A stretch of DNA of 60,466 bases, counting the filler. It is 6 parts of 6 records of this genome, joined end to end, with 100 filler letters (N's around TTAATTAATTAA, not from the genome) between each part and the next. Parts side by side here need not be neighbours in the genome. Positions count along the whole stretch, not along the records: positions 32,945 to 41,430 come from SRR31156797_11866; positions 41,531 to 60,466 come from SRR31156797_11892; 4 more parts are not named here. One strand, written 5' to 3'. The position numbers and the translations under genes were made by a program. Below the pieces are notes generated by a model. The model was not told the DNA's origin and did not search any database. It saw only the letters and a list, made by a program, of their open reading frames with translations. Position 1 is the first letter of the stretch, and the number at the start of each line of letters is the position of its first letter. Positions 38,627 to 47,067 of this stretch are shown here, in pieces.

Positions 38627-39925
38627 CTATTTTTCGGCCTGTAGTGAAATTCCTCTAACCCGATCCCTGTCGGCCGGGTAGTGCCTGGCGGCCGCCAAAA
38701 AGAAAACCGCGGCCAAAATTCCGCATAATGCCATTATCTGCATGGCGAATTTTAAACCTGCCGCCCCGCCGCCAAGTGAATCGGAAACAACGCCGACAAC
38801 AAGAGGCGCCCAGCCCGCTCCGCCGATCATGGCAATAAAACCGGCCATGCCCCAGGAAAGGCCTTTCACCTGCGGCTCGACTACATCCTGGGAAATGGAA
38901 TTCACCGCGGGCGTTCCCGCCACGGACAAAATTCCCCAAAAAGCTCCAAAAACCAAGCCGATTCCCCATAGATCGAATTGCACTGCCAGAAACATCATGA
39001 CGGAGCCGCAAAGCACGGCCGTTACAGCCATGTATATCCTTCCATTGGGATTCTTCCTCTGCCAGAGATCGGCCAGAACGCCTCCAAGAGGGGCGCCCAC
39101 AATGCCTATAATACCTATTAAACCAATTACCATGCCGACTTTGTCCACGGCCATGTCCCGGGCCCTCATCAAAAAGGCCGGCGACCATACGATAAAAGCC
39201 ATGGTCATGGCTAATTGCATGGCATACCCGACATATACCAGCCTCAGGCTTTTTATTTTCAGCAAACCGGCCGAAGATGCTAAAAATCCATTTATTTTTC
39301 CTGATTCGTCGGCGGTTTTTACCGTTTTATAATCCTTAAGAAAAAGCGCAACAACTCCCAATATTATTCCGGGGACAGCAAATATGTAAAACGGCCATTG
39401 CCACCCCCCGAACTTTGCCGCGATTACTCCCCCCAGAATGGTGCCCAGGGCTGCGCCCAGTGGAATGGCCGCGTTGAAAATTCCTAAAGCCCTGCTGCGG
39501 GAGGATTCAGGAAAAGCCGCACTGATCATGGCCGTGCTTCCCGGGGGGAACCCGGCTTCGCCCACGCCGACCATAAGTCTTGGCAGTAAAACCCCTATGA
39601 AACTTTTGCCCATGCCGGTCACATAAGTAAAAGCGCTCCAAATTATGGCCATAAGCGCCATTGACTTGCGGCGGCTCCACCGGTCGACCAGGTAAGAAGC
39701 CGGAAAGGCGAAAAAGGCCATGCTGAAAAAAAATGCGGTTTGAAGAAGACCGGCCTGGGCGTCGGTCAACCCGAGATCCTGTTTCATCGGCTCCATAACC
39801 ACCGAAAGCACCTGGCGGTCCATAAAGTTAACCATGTAAAGCAGAAAACAGATGATCAGTATAAAACGTCTCTGAAACGGGCTCACCTGGAAAGACGATT
39901 CCGTGTGTTGTTCTTTTAAGCTCAT
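38627..39925 (-). CDS. MFS transporter (spinster-like)
   Basis: NFMDRQVL..LGLTDAQAGLL, DRWSRR, RLMVGVGEA; about 12 TM helices. Confidence 0.9.
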   Translation of the reverse strand: MSLKEQHTESSFQVSPFQRRFILIICFLLYMVNFMDRQVLSVVMEPMKQDLGLTDAQAGLLQTAFFFSMAFFAFPASYLVDRWSRRKSMALMAIIWSAFTYVTGMGKSFIGVLLPRLMVGVGEAGFPPGSTAMISAAFPESSRSRALGIFNAAIPLGAALGTILGGVIAAKFGGWQWPFYIFAVPGIILGVVALFLKDYKTVKTADESGKINGFLASSAGLLKIKSLRLVYVGYAMQLAMTMAFIVWSPAFLMRARDMAVDKVGMVIGLIGIIGIVGAPLGGVLADLWQRKNPNGRIYMAVTAVLCGSVMMFLAVQFDLWGIGLVFGAFWGILSVAGTPAVNSISQDVVEPQVKGLSWGMAGFIAMIGGAGWAPLVVGVVSDSLGGGAAGLKFAMQIMALCGILAAVFFLAAARHYPADRDRVRGISLQAEK

Positions 39926-40021
39926 TATCAGCCTTTCCGGACTAATTTTGTCCTATGAATATTTTAAAACTATTTCGCAATGCCCTTACTATCGGTAGGG
40001 AATTCAAACTGGCTGCGCGTA

Positions 40022-41329
40022 TTAGAAACTCCATTTTTTCACCGGCGCAAAGGTTATTCTCTCTCCATCCAAACGCCTTGACGCCCCGGCTTCCATCATC
40101 ACCTTGGCGACAAGCATCTCCGGGCTCGAGGGAATGTTGGGCATTGTCAAACCCATTTTGAACGCGACATTTTTATTTTTGGATTTCCCCAATTCCTCGA
40201 CTATTTCAAAAACATCGGCTTCGCCTATGCGTGAATGGGCCAACAGGACCTCATTTTTAAGACTGGTGTAGTAATCAACCCACATTCCATAAAAGGCCAT
40301 GCATTCTTCACTTCCCCTGGCCGCATCAACGAGTTGAATCCTGTCTAATGGCTCAAGCCCCCATGATTCAAGCAAGCGCGGCAGCCACTGGGATGTGCGG
40401 CGACAGTCCGTTGCTATTTCAATAAAGCCGTTTTCGGCCAGTTCGAAACATTTCCGGCATATATCGATACAGGCGTTGAAATCGCAGTCAAAAAACGGGG
40501 GATTGATTTCAGAAGCGGCGTCTCCGGTTATCATCAACTTGTTTTTGGGATCGTAAACACATATATGGCCGGGGCTTTGAGAAGCATCGTGAATTATGAA
40601 AAAACGCCCTATATGCCAGCCCGTGAACTCTGATTTTCCTATCAATGTCCTTTCGCGATCGGCCAGTGCCAGCGGCTCGGCACGGTCGATAATATTGCCG
40701 GCCGGATCCGGGTAAAGGACGTCGCCCAGCAGTCGGCGGTAGGCTTTAAAGGCCGCATCGGGATCGTATTCATCCGGCAGGGATTCAATAGCCCGCCAGG
40801 CGTTTTGATATTTTTCTTCCGTAAAGGCAGGGAAATTTCTCGCCCGGTCATAAAACAATTTCAATCCGGGGACGATCATTTTAAGGGGATCGTAATATTC
40901 CCGGACCTTTTTAATATCGGCTGCCATGTGCACAGGCGCATTCATTGCGGCGAACCCATTTTCAGGCCGCAGGAAGCGCACGCTCTCATAGCCGGCTTCA
41001 TATATGACGTCGTTGTTATTTCCGTGACCCCAATGGCCATGGCAGAGCGTCAGCACTAAATGACGGGCGCCTTCACGGCGCAGCTTGATCAGGATTTCCA
41101 GAATCAAACTTCTATAAAAAGCATGGCGCCCGGAGTTCATCATAAGCACCATGTCGCCGTCCCTGAGAATAAATATGTTGCCTGAAGGGGGCTCGAGGAG
41201 AAACATCTTCCCGGCAAACCCTTCAATTTCCCAGACGTCGGAAGCGATTTCAATGGTCCGGCATTTTTCCAGGTCCGCAAGCATGTCGGGGTTGCAAAAC
41301 GGATTGCAGAGCATTTCCGACACGGTCAT
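40022..41329 (-). CDS. Metallo-beta-lactamase-fold protein with degenerate metal motif
   Basis: GNIFILRDGD..MMNSG, HGHWGH (vs HxHxDH), QSPGHICVYD, LMITGD; RBS AAGGAGG before ATG 41329. Confidence 0.7.
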   Translation of the reverse strand: MTVSEMLCNPFCNPDMLADLEKCRTIEIASDVWEIEGFAGKMFLLEPPSGNIFILRDGDMVLMMNSGRHAFYRSLILEILIKLRREGARHLVLTLCHGHWGHGNNNDVIYEAGYESVRFLRPENGFAAMNAPVHMAADIKKVREYYDPLKMIVPGLKLFYDRARNFPAFTEEKYQNAWRAIESLPDEYDPDAAFKAYRRLLGDVLYPDPAGNIIDRAEPLALADRERTLIGKSEFTGWHIGRFFIIHDASQSPGHICVYDPKNKLMITGDAASEINPPFFDCDFNACIDICRKCFELAENGFIEIATDCRRTSQWLPRLLESWGLEPLDRIQLVDAARGSEECMAFYGMWVDYYTSLKNEVLLAHSRIGEADVFEIVEELGKSKNKNVAFKMGLTMPNIPSSPEMLVAKVMMEAGASRRLDGERITFAPVKKWSF

Positions 41330-41430
41330 GACTGATTCCTCCTTAATATCCTCGGCAAGCAATACATGGCCATTTGCCTGCCGAGGATGATTCCAATAAC
41401 TAGTGTCTGTCCAGAAATGAGAGATTTTTT

Positions 41431-41530
41431 NNNNNNNNNNNNNNNNNNNNNNNNNNNNNNNNNNNNNNNNNNNNTTAATTAATTAANNNNNNNNNNNNNN
41501 NNNNNNNNNNNNNNNNNNNNNNNNNNNNNN
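41431..41530. other. Artificial contig spacer
   Basis: N44-TTAATTAATTAA-N44. Confidence 0.99.
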
Positions 41531-41610
41531 CATTGGTGCGCCTTGAAGGCAAACAAAAATTCTTCGTCCTATTGGCGGATTTTAAAACAATCGTCCCCCT
41601 AATTGGAAAA

Positions 41611-41730
41611 ATCCGTCAACTTTTCGATTTTGTCCGTATGAATATGGTGGTGATAAAAACCAATGCAGATAAACGGTCCATGTATAAGCGTATTTTTGCT
41701 TACTCTTAAAACATCAAACAAAAAGGAGGT
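41611..41730 (+). promoter_or_regulatory. Putative promoter/leader, copy 1 (TTTGTCCGTA box, TTACTCTTA, AAACA..AAGGAG)
   Basis: The same three elements occur in the same order at 43952-44072, upstream of the 44079 gene. Confidence 0.45.
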
Positions 41731-41733
41731 CGC

Positions 41734-42477
41734 GTGAAACAAATTTTAACCTTTTGCCTGGTATCTACCATTTATTTTACCTGCTGGGGTTTAACAGACG
41801 GTTGTTGCCAAAGCAGCTCTACGATCCGGGGAACTGTGAAAGCCATTAAACCAACACCAGTCTTGAGTCCTGAAATCACAATATTGAAACAGGCGGATGA
41901 TGGAAACATCATTGAAAAAAAATTTACTGCGGTTTTCTTACAGAACGACACCGGATGTGTTGACTGGAATGCCCCTGAAAACCGTTTAAAGGCGTTGGTG
42001 TTCAACCTTTTGCCGGGCAATGTGGTTGAAATAAGTTATGCGCGTCAAAATGGGAGGCAGGAAATTAAAACAATCAGGCTTTTGTCCCTTTCCTCAACAA
42101 CGCTTTTTCCGGGATACGAAAAAGTAAAACATGGGCAGTTGCTAACGGATCTTCAGATGCCGGAACCCAAAAAACCTGTGATTGTTTTACTCAAGGGGCA
42201 TGAAAAACTATCATCCCGCATGAAAATGAAAGACAAGCGCCAGTCAGTCATTAAGGAGATCAAGGTGCTTCAGAACAAAGTGCTTGGGGCAATTTCCAAA
42301 GAGGCGTTTACCCCGGGTCTGATTTTGACAAATGTTCCTGTGATTTCAGGAGATGCCACCCTTGAAGGCATTAGGGTTTTGGCTGGGAATCCGCTTGTGG
42401 AAACCATTGAATCTGATATGCCGATGGAGCTTCATGGTGATGGTGTCAAGTCCATGCAGATGGGAGGAGAAAAATGA
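41734..42477 (+). CDS. Exported protein with a C-terminal stand-alone subtilase propeptide (inhibitor I9-like) domain
   Basis: N-terminal hydrophobic signal. VIVLLKG..LQNKVL..NVPVISG..GIRVLAG.PLVETIESDMPMELH aligns with the prodomain of the next gene. RBS AAGGAGG, GTG start. Confidence 0.7.
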   Translation: MKQILTFCLVSTIYFTCWGLTDGCCQSSSTIRGTVKAIKPTPVLSPEITILKQADDGNIIEKKFTAVFLQNDTGCVDWNAPENRLKALVFNLLPGNVVEISYARQNGRQEIKTIRLLSLSSTTLFPGYEKVKHGQLLTDLQMPEPKKPVIVLLKGHEKLSSRMKMKDKRQSVIKEIKVLQNKVLGAISKEAFTPGLILTNVPVISGDATLEGIRVLAGNPLVETIESDMPMELHGDGVKSMQMGGEK

Positions 42478-43937
42478 TGAATTTGTATCGATTTACTATG
42501 TTCTGTTGCGCTGTAGTGCTGATGCTTTGCTGGCCTGCCTGGACAATCGCTTTCCAGGGAATTGAAAAAATAAAGGATCCGGAACTGCTGGAGCAGGCTG
42601 AAAAAACATTAGAACCTGTGCAGGTTATTGTTGTTCTAAAAGGCTGTGAAGAAGTCAAGGACATACATTTCGGCAAAGATGTTTTCACAAAATCGTCTGT
42701 CCAGTCAAAGGTTGCCCGTATCCAGGAAAAAGTGCTTAGCCGGATGCCTTTTGAAAATGGCCGGATTCGGTATCGAATGGAAAATTTGCCCATCATATCG
42801 GGCGAAGTTTCTTATTCAGGTCTGAAATCGTTGGCAGGACTTGAAGACGTTGTGATGATCGAAAAAGACCATCCCTTGGAATTACATACAGCACAAGGCC
42901 TTGAGTTAATTGAAACCGGCAGTTACCGGTATCCAGACAGTGGCAGGTCTGTTGCCATCGCGATTGTAGATACCGGTGTGGATTATTCCCATCCAGCATT
43001 GGGGGGCAGAAGGTTTCCAAATGCAAAAGTAATCGGAGGTTACGATTTCGGTGATAAAGATTCGGACCCTATGGATAACCTGGGACATGGCAGCAGTTGC
43101 GCAGGCATATCAGCAGGCTGGGCCAGAAAACGGGGCGATTACAAAGGCGGGGTTGCTCCAGCAGCAGGCATATATGCATTAAAAGCCAGCAACCGGGAAG
43201 GCCTAATTCCAAGAAGTGCTAGTTTGGCGTCTATAGATTGGTGTGTTTCTCATCAATATGATTCTTCTGATCAACCCATTATGATTATATCCATGAGCCT
43301 TGGTACTCAAAATTTTCAATCGCATAGCTATTGTGATAACAAATTCAACTCCGCGCAGGCTAGTTTTGATATGGCCGAAGCCAATGGGATTGCGGTATTT
43401 GTTTCCTCTGGAAATGAAGCTAATCCAAAAGGAATAAGTTTTTCTTCTTGTATGAAAAACACTATTGCTGTAGGTGCCGTTTATGACGGCAGTTCTGGCG
43501 AGGCTAAATTCAACAATTGTAGCGATAGCTCAACTGCTTCCGATCAGGTTACCTGCTATTCTAATTCTGCACCTATATTGGACATGCTGGCACCTTCACA
43601 TGATGCTTACACTCCCTCCTGGCCAAATGGAAAATATAACCGGGAATTTGGAGGCACCTCAGCTGCCTGTCCATATGCAGCCGGTGCAGCCGCCTTGATT
43701 CAAAGCTACCATAAAGAAAAAACCGGCCGTTTCCTAAGTGTTAAAGAACTCAAAGCACTTATGATTGAAACAGGAGATCCAATTAAGGACCAAAAATCAG
43801 GGATTACAACCCCCCGCGTAAATATCACCAAAGCCATACAATCACTAAATCTTGAGGGTGATCGGAGCGAGGGAGGAGAGGGGTCAAACAGAGCAATAGA
43901 TCAATTAAGGGATTTATTGCAAAATGCAAATCAATAA
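42474..43937 (+). CDS. Secreted S8 subtilisin-like serine peptidase
   Basis: Signal peptide, prodomain, triad IVDTG / HGSSCAG / GTSAACP, oxyanion SSGN. Confidence 0.93.
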   Translation: MMNLYRFTMFCCAVVLMLCWPAWTIAFQGIEKIKDPELLEQAEKTLEPVQVIVVLKGCEEVKDIHFGKDVFTKSSVQSKVARIQEKVLSRMPFENGRIRYRMENLPIISGEVSYSGLKSLAGLEDVVMIEKDHPLELHTAQGLELIETGSYRYPDSGRSVAIAIVDTGVDYSHPALGGRRFPNAKVIGGYDFGDKDSDPMDNLGHGSSCAGISAGWARKRGDYKGGVAPAAGIYALKASNREGLIPRSASLASIDWCVSHQYDSSDQPIMIISMSLGTQNFQSHSYCDNKFNSAQASFDMAEANGIAVFVSSGNEANPKGISFSSCMKNTIAVGAVYDGSSGEAKFNNCSDSSTASDQVTCYSNSAPILDMLAPSHDAYTPSWPNGKYNREFGGTSAACPYAAGAAALIQSYHKEKTGRFLSVKELKALMIETGDPIKDQKSGITTPRVNITKAIQSLNLEGDRSEGGEGSNRAIDQLRDLLQNANQ

Positions 43938-43951
43938 AATTTATTTTAAAA

Positions 43952-44072
43952 AATTGTACGGTTTTTTAATTTGTCCGTAAGGTATAGTTGAGCATGAAAA
44001 CAACTAAGTTAAGGTCGTCATCTTAAATTTTAAGAATATGCGGCACATTTTACTCTTATTAAACAAAGGAGA
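43952..44072 (+). promoter_or_regulatory. Putative promoter/leader, copy 2
   Basis: TTTGTCCGTA (43970-43979), TTACTCTTA (44050-44058) and AAACAAAGGAG, matching 41611-41730. Confidence 0.45.
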
Positions 44073-44078
44073 ACAATT

Positions 44079-45053
44079 ATGGAAAAATCGTTTCAAATTC
44101 TGTTTATGACAGCCATGGTCATGTTGAGTCTGACGGCATACACGGTCACCGCTTTTGCAGATGTAAAAGCTATCGGTATCCGCTCCGGCGGCGGCAGCAG
44201 CGGCGGCGGAAATGGTGACGGCAATCCGTTAAAAGTGGAATTTACCCCGGTCAAACAGGTCTTTAAAACCGGTGAGGCCATCCGTTTTAAAGTCAGGGGA
44301 TCTGAAACATTTTACCTGTATCTTTTCAGCGTGGATGAAAGAAATAATAAAGGGTATATGATTCTGCCCAACAAAAAACAGCAGTATATTAAATATAAAG
44401 CCGGAACAACTTATACCGTACCGGAAAAATATATTGAATTTTACAGTGATTCCCCAGGCCGGGAAAAAATTATCATGCTGGCCAGCACCAAACGAATGGA
44501 TGTGAAATTTGACAGGTATGCCAAGGTCGGCAATCTTCTCTCTGCCAATTTTGACACGGTTGTTCAGGAAACCAAGGCGCTTGGCATCCGCTCCCGCCAG
44601 GCTAAAGCCAAACATGTTACCAAAGAATTGTCCCTGATAATAACAGGAAATGGACAACACGCAGGTGTTGTGCCTCCCAGTCATCGTGGCAGTGATCCGG
44701 CAGCAGCACCGTTTGTTTCTACAAACAAATCTTCGTACCGGGTTGGAGATGCCATCCGTATCACCTTTGGTGCCGATAAATCCGGATATGTACATCTTTA
44801 TATCAACGAACCCGGTGGCCGCCAATCCTTTCTGACTACAAAAAAGGTTTCCGGCAGGGACTTTTACCAGGTGAACGCCACGGCTTCCAGGCCCGGCGGG
44901 GTCCATCAGATTATCGCCGTGTATGACAATAACGCCACCCCGGATAAACACCGGATCTATACGCTTGCAACCAAACAGATGTCCAAGGATATTCGCCTGG
45001 CCCCTGATACGCCGGATGCCTACGCCGTTTATGACTTCATTATTGAGGAGTAA
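44079..45053 (+). CDS. Secreted tandem DUF4384-domain protein
   Basis: Signal ending AFA; FKTGEAIRF..YLYLFSVD..ILPN..YTVP..PGREKI and YRVGDAIRITF..GYVHLY..PGGVHQI. Confidence 0.78.
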   Translation: MEKSFQILFMTAMVMLSLTAYTVTAFADVKAIGIRSGGGSSGGGNGDGNPLKVEFTPVKQVFKTGEAIRFKVRGSETFYLYLFSVDERNNKGYMILPNKKQQYIKYKAGTTYTVPEKYIEFYSDSPGREKIIMLASTKRMDVKFDRYAKVGNLLSANFDTVVQETKALGIRSRQAKAKHVTKELSLIITGNGQHAGVVPPSHRGSDPAAAPFVSTNKSSYRVGDAIRITFGADKSGYVHLYINEPGGRQSFLTTKKVSGRDFYQVNATASRPGGVHQIIAVYDNNATPDKHRIYTLATKQMSKDIRLAPDTPDAYAVYDFIIEE

Positions 45054-45060
45054 AATAATC

Positions 45061-45576
45061 ATGAGAGCTTCAATTCTGCTTACCGGCCTGCTCATCAGTG
45101 TGGCCCTGTTATCCGGCGGGTGCAAAAACACAGACTATGTTCATGTCGGACCTAACTGGAAAGCCCTTCACGACATGGAGCCTGAAAAAAATGCATTTTC
45201 AGTCACCGTGAAAGGCACCCGTGAAGCCCCACTGGGAAAAGCGCTTTCTTATACGGTTTATTCCGGCGAAACCGGAAAGCTTTGGGTCGTGCAGGTGGAT
45301 CCTGATGATAAGGTTTCCGTTATTGTCCCCAATGCTGAAATGCAGGACCATCAAATTCTAAAAAATGTTCCCCTGCATATTCCACCCCAAGGTGCCCACT
45401 GGGAAATGGCTGCCATGGAGCCTGTGGGAAAAAGTGTGCTCGGTTTTTTTGTGACAACAGGGGATGAAGATATCAGTGCTATCCTGTCCCAGGGACAAGG
45501 AACATCCAAGGCGATCCATGTAAGACCGGTCTCTGAATGGGGCATGGATAAAATGGTCGTGGATATCAAACCATAA
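45061..45576 (+). CDS. DUF4384-domain lipoprotein
   Basis: Lipobox LSGGC; GKLWVVQVDPDDKVSVIVPN..HIPP..EPVGKS; start at ATG 45061. Confidence 0.75.
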   Translation: MRASILLTGLLISVALLSGGCKNTDYVHVGPNWKALHDMEPEKNAFSVTVKGTREAPLGKALSYTVYSGETGKLWVVQVDPDDKVSVIVPNAEMQDHQILKNVPLHIPPQGAHWEMAAMEPVGKSVLGFFVTTGDEDISAILSQGQGTSKAIHVRPVSEWGMDKMVVDIKP

Positions 45577-45583
45577 ACCGCTA

Positions 45584-45605
45584 AAAGGCGCCAAAAGGCG
45601 CCTTT
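45584..45605 (+). terminator. Intra-cluster stem-loop (partial terminator or RNA stabiliser)
   Basis: AAAGGCGCC-AAAA-GGCGCCTTT between the DUF4384 genes and the first caspase gene. Confidence 0.6.
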
Positions 45606-45640
45606 ATTCATATTGCTTCAAAAAGGACAGGAGATAGGAA

Positions 45641-47026
45641 ATGAAAGGTCACTCTTATTGCACACAGCGGGGAATATTTTTTATTCTGGTTTGCTTATTG
45701 TTAAGTGCCTGGCCGGCCTTTGCAGAGAACCGGGCATTGATCATTGGGGTGGGAAAATATCAGATATCATCGGGCAATCTGCCGGGTATTGAAAAAGATG
45801 TTGAAATGGCCAAGAAGATCGCACAGGCAATTGGATTCAAATCCAGCCAGATCAAGGTGCTCAGGGATGAGCAGGCCACCCTTGACAATATCGGCAGTAC
45901 GATCAGCAGCTGGTTGATTCAAGGCACCACCAAAAACGACCGGGTTTTCTTTTATTTCAGTGGGCACGGTTCACATGTTCTTGACACCGACAGGGATGAA
46001 AAAGACAATGCCGATGAGGTCCTGCTGCCCCATGATACACAAATTAAAGGTAAAACCTTAAAAAATGTTTTTTTAGATGATGTGTTCGGTAAAATGCTGG
46101 CAAAAATTCCTGCCAGGGAAAGTTTTGTATTTATCGATGCCTGCCACAGCGGTACCAGTACCAAGTCTTTTGGCAGTTCCGATCAAAAAGCCAAATTCTT
46201 TATATACCCTGGAATGCCTCGCCTGGTCGGAAAAGCCAACTTTTCCACCCAGCCCAGGCGCCGGGCCATAACCCGGGAGCGGTTTGCCTCTTTGAGTGCT
46301 TGTCAGGATGATGAAACGGCCATTGCCACACGGGACGGCAGCCTGTTTACCCGGGGATTGTATGATGCCATCACTAAATCCAATGGGAAACCGGTTTCCC
46401 TCAAATTGTTGAAAAAAAGTACCACGGCTTATATTGCCGCCCATGCATCGCCTGACAAGGTCCACCACCCGGATTTGGCGGGCAGTAAAAAACTTCAAAG
46501 AAAAGATATTCATGTTACCAGTGCCGTATCATCACCCTCGGAATCCAGCCTTTGGGATCGGGTGATGTTGCTGACCGAAGGAGCGGACTATAAAGTACCG
46601 GTTCGTACCAGCCAGTCCAAGTTTAAGGAAGGGGACCTGCTGAAAATTTCACTGACCATGCCCCATGACGGATATGTCAATGTGGTGAATTTAAGCCCGA
46701 ATGACACGAAATCGACGATATTGTTTCCCAATGGATATCATAAGAAAAATTTCTTCAAGGCCGGCACCCGGATTACAATTCCGGGTAAAGATGACGACTT
46801 TAATTTGCCGGCATCTCCGCCTTTTGGAAAAACCCTGATCGCAGTGTTTGTGACCACACAGGAAATTAATTCATATAAAAAAGGGCTTGGGAATTCGGGG
46901 GATCTGATCAAACTCATGTCCAGTGAAACCGCCGGGGAATTTGATGCGGTCAGAGGTAGTTTTTCCGTTCAGGCAAAATCCGTAGGGCTGGGCGCAGGCA
47001 GGGTGATCGCTTTAGTTGAACCGTAA
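45641..47026 (+). CDS. Secreted caspase-like peptidase C14 + DUF4384
   Basis: Signal ending AFA; RALIIGVGKY, LPGIEKD, FSGHG (H109), DACHSG (C168), SLFTRGL; C-terminal DUF4384 (FKEGD..GYVNV..LFPN..PPFG). Confidence 0.9.
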   Translation: MKGHSYCTQRGIFFILVCLLLSAWPAFAENRALIIGVGKYQISSGNLPGIEKDVEMAKKIAQAIGFKSSQIKVLRDEQATLDNIGSTISSWLIQGTTKNDRVFFYFSGHGSHVLDTDRDEKDNADEVLLPHDTQIKGKTLKNVFLDDVFGKMLAKIPARESFVFIDACHSGTSTKSFGSSDQKAKFFIYPGMPRLVGKANFSTQPRRRAITRERFASLSACQDDETAIATRDGSLFTRGLYDAITKSNGKPVSLKLLKKSTTAYIAAHASPDKVHHPDLAGSKKLQRKDIHVTSAVSSPSESSLWDRVMLLTEGADYKVPVRTSQSKFKEGDLLKISLTMPHDGYVNVVNLSPNDTKSTILFPNGYHKKNFFKAGTRITIPGKDDDFNLPASPPFGKTLIAVFVTTQEINSYKKGLGNSGDLIKLMSSETAGEFDAVRGSFSVQAKSVGLGAGRVIALVEP

Positions 47027-47067
47027 TGTCCATGAACGATACCTCACCATCAAGGAGACAAAAAAAA

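Noticed and set aside
12542-41530. Five identical N44-TTAATTAATTAA-N44 blocks as a biological repeat or array
   Set aside because: They are concatenation linkers with six-frame stops. ORFs running into them (25049..25330, 25331..25621, 32889..33080) are artefacts.
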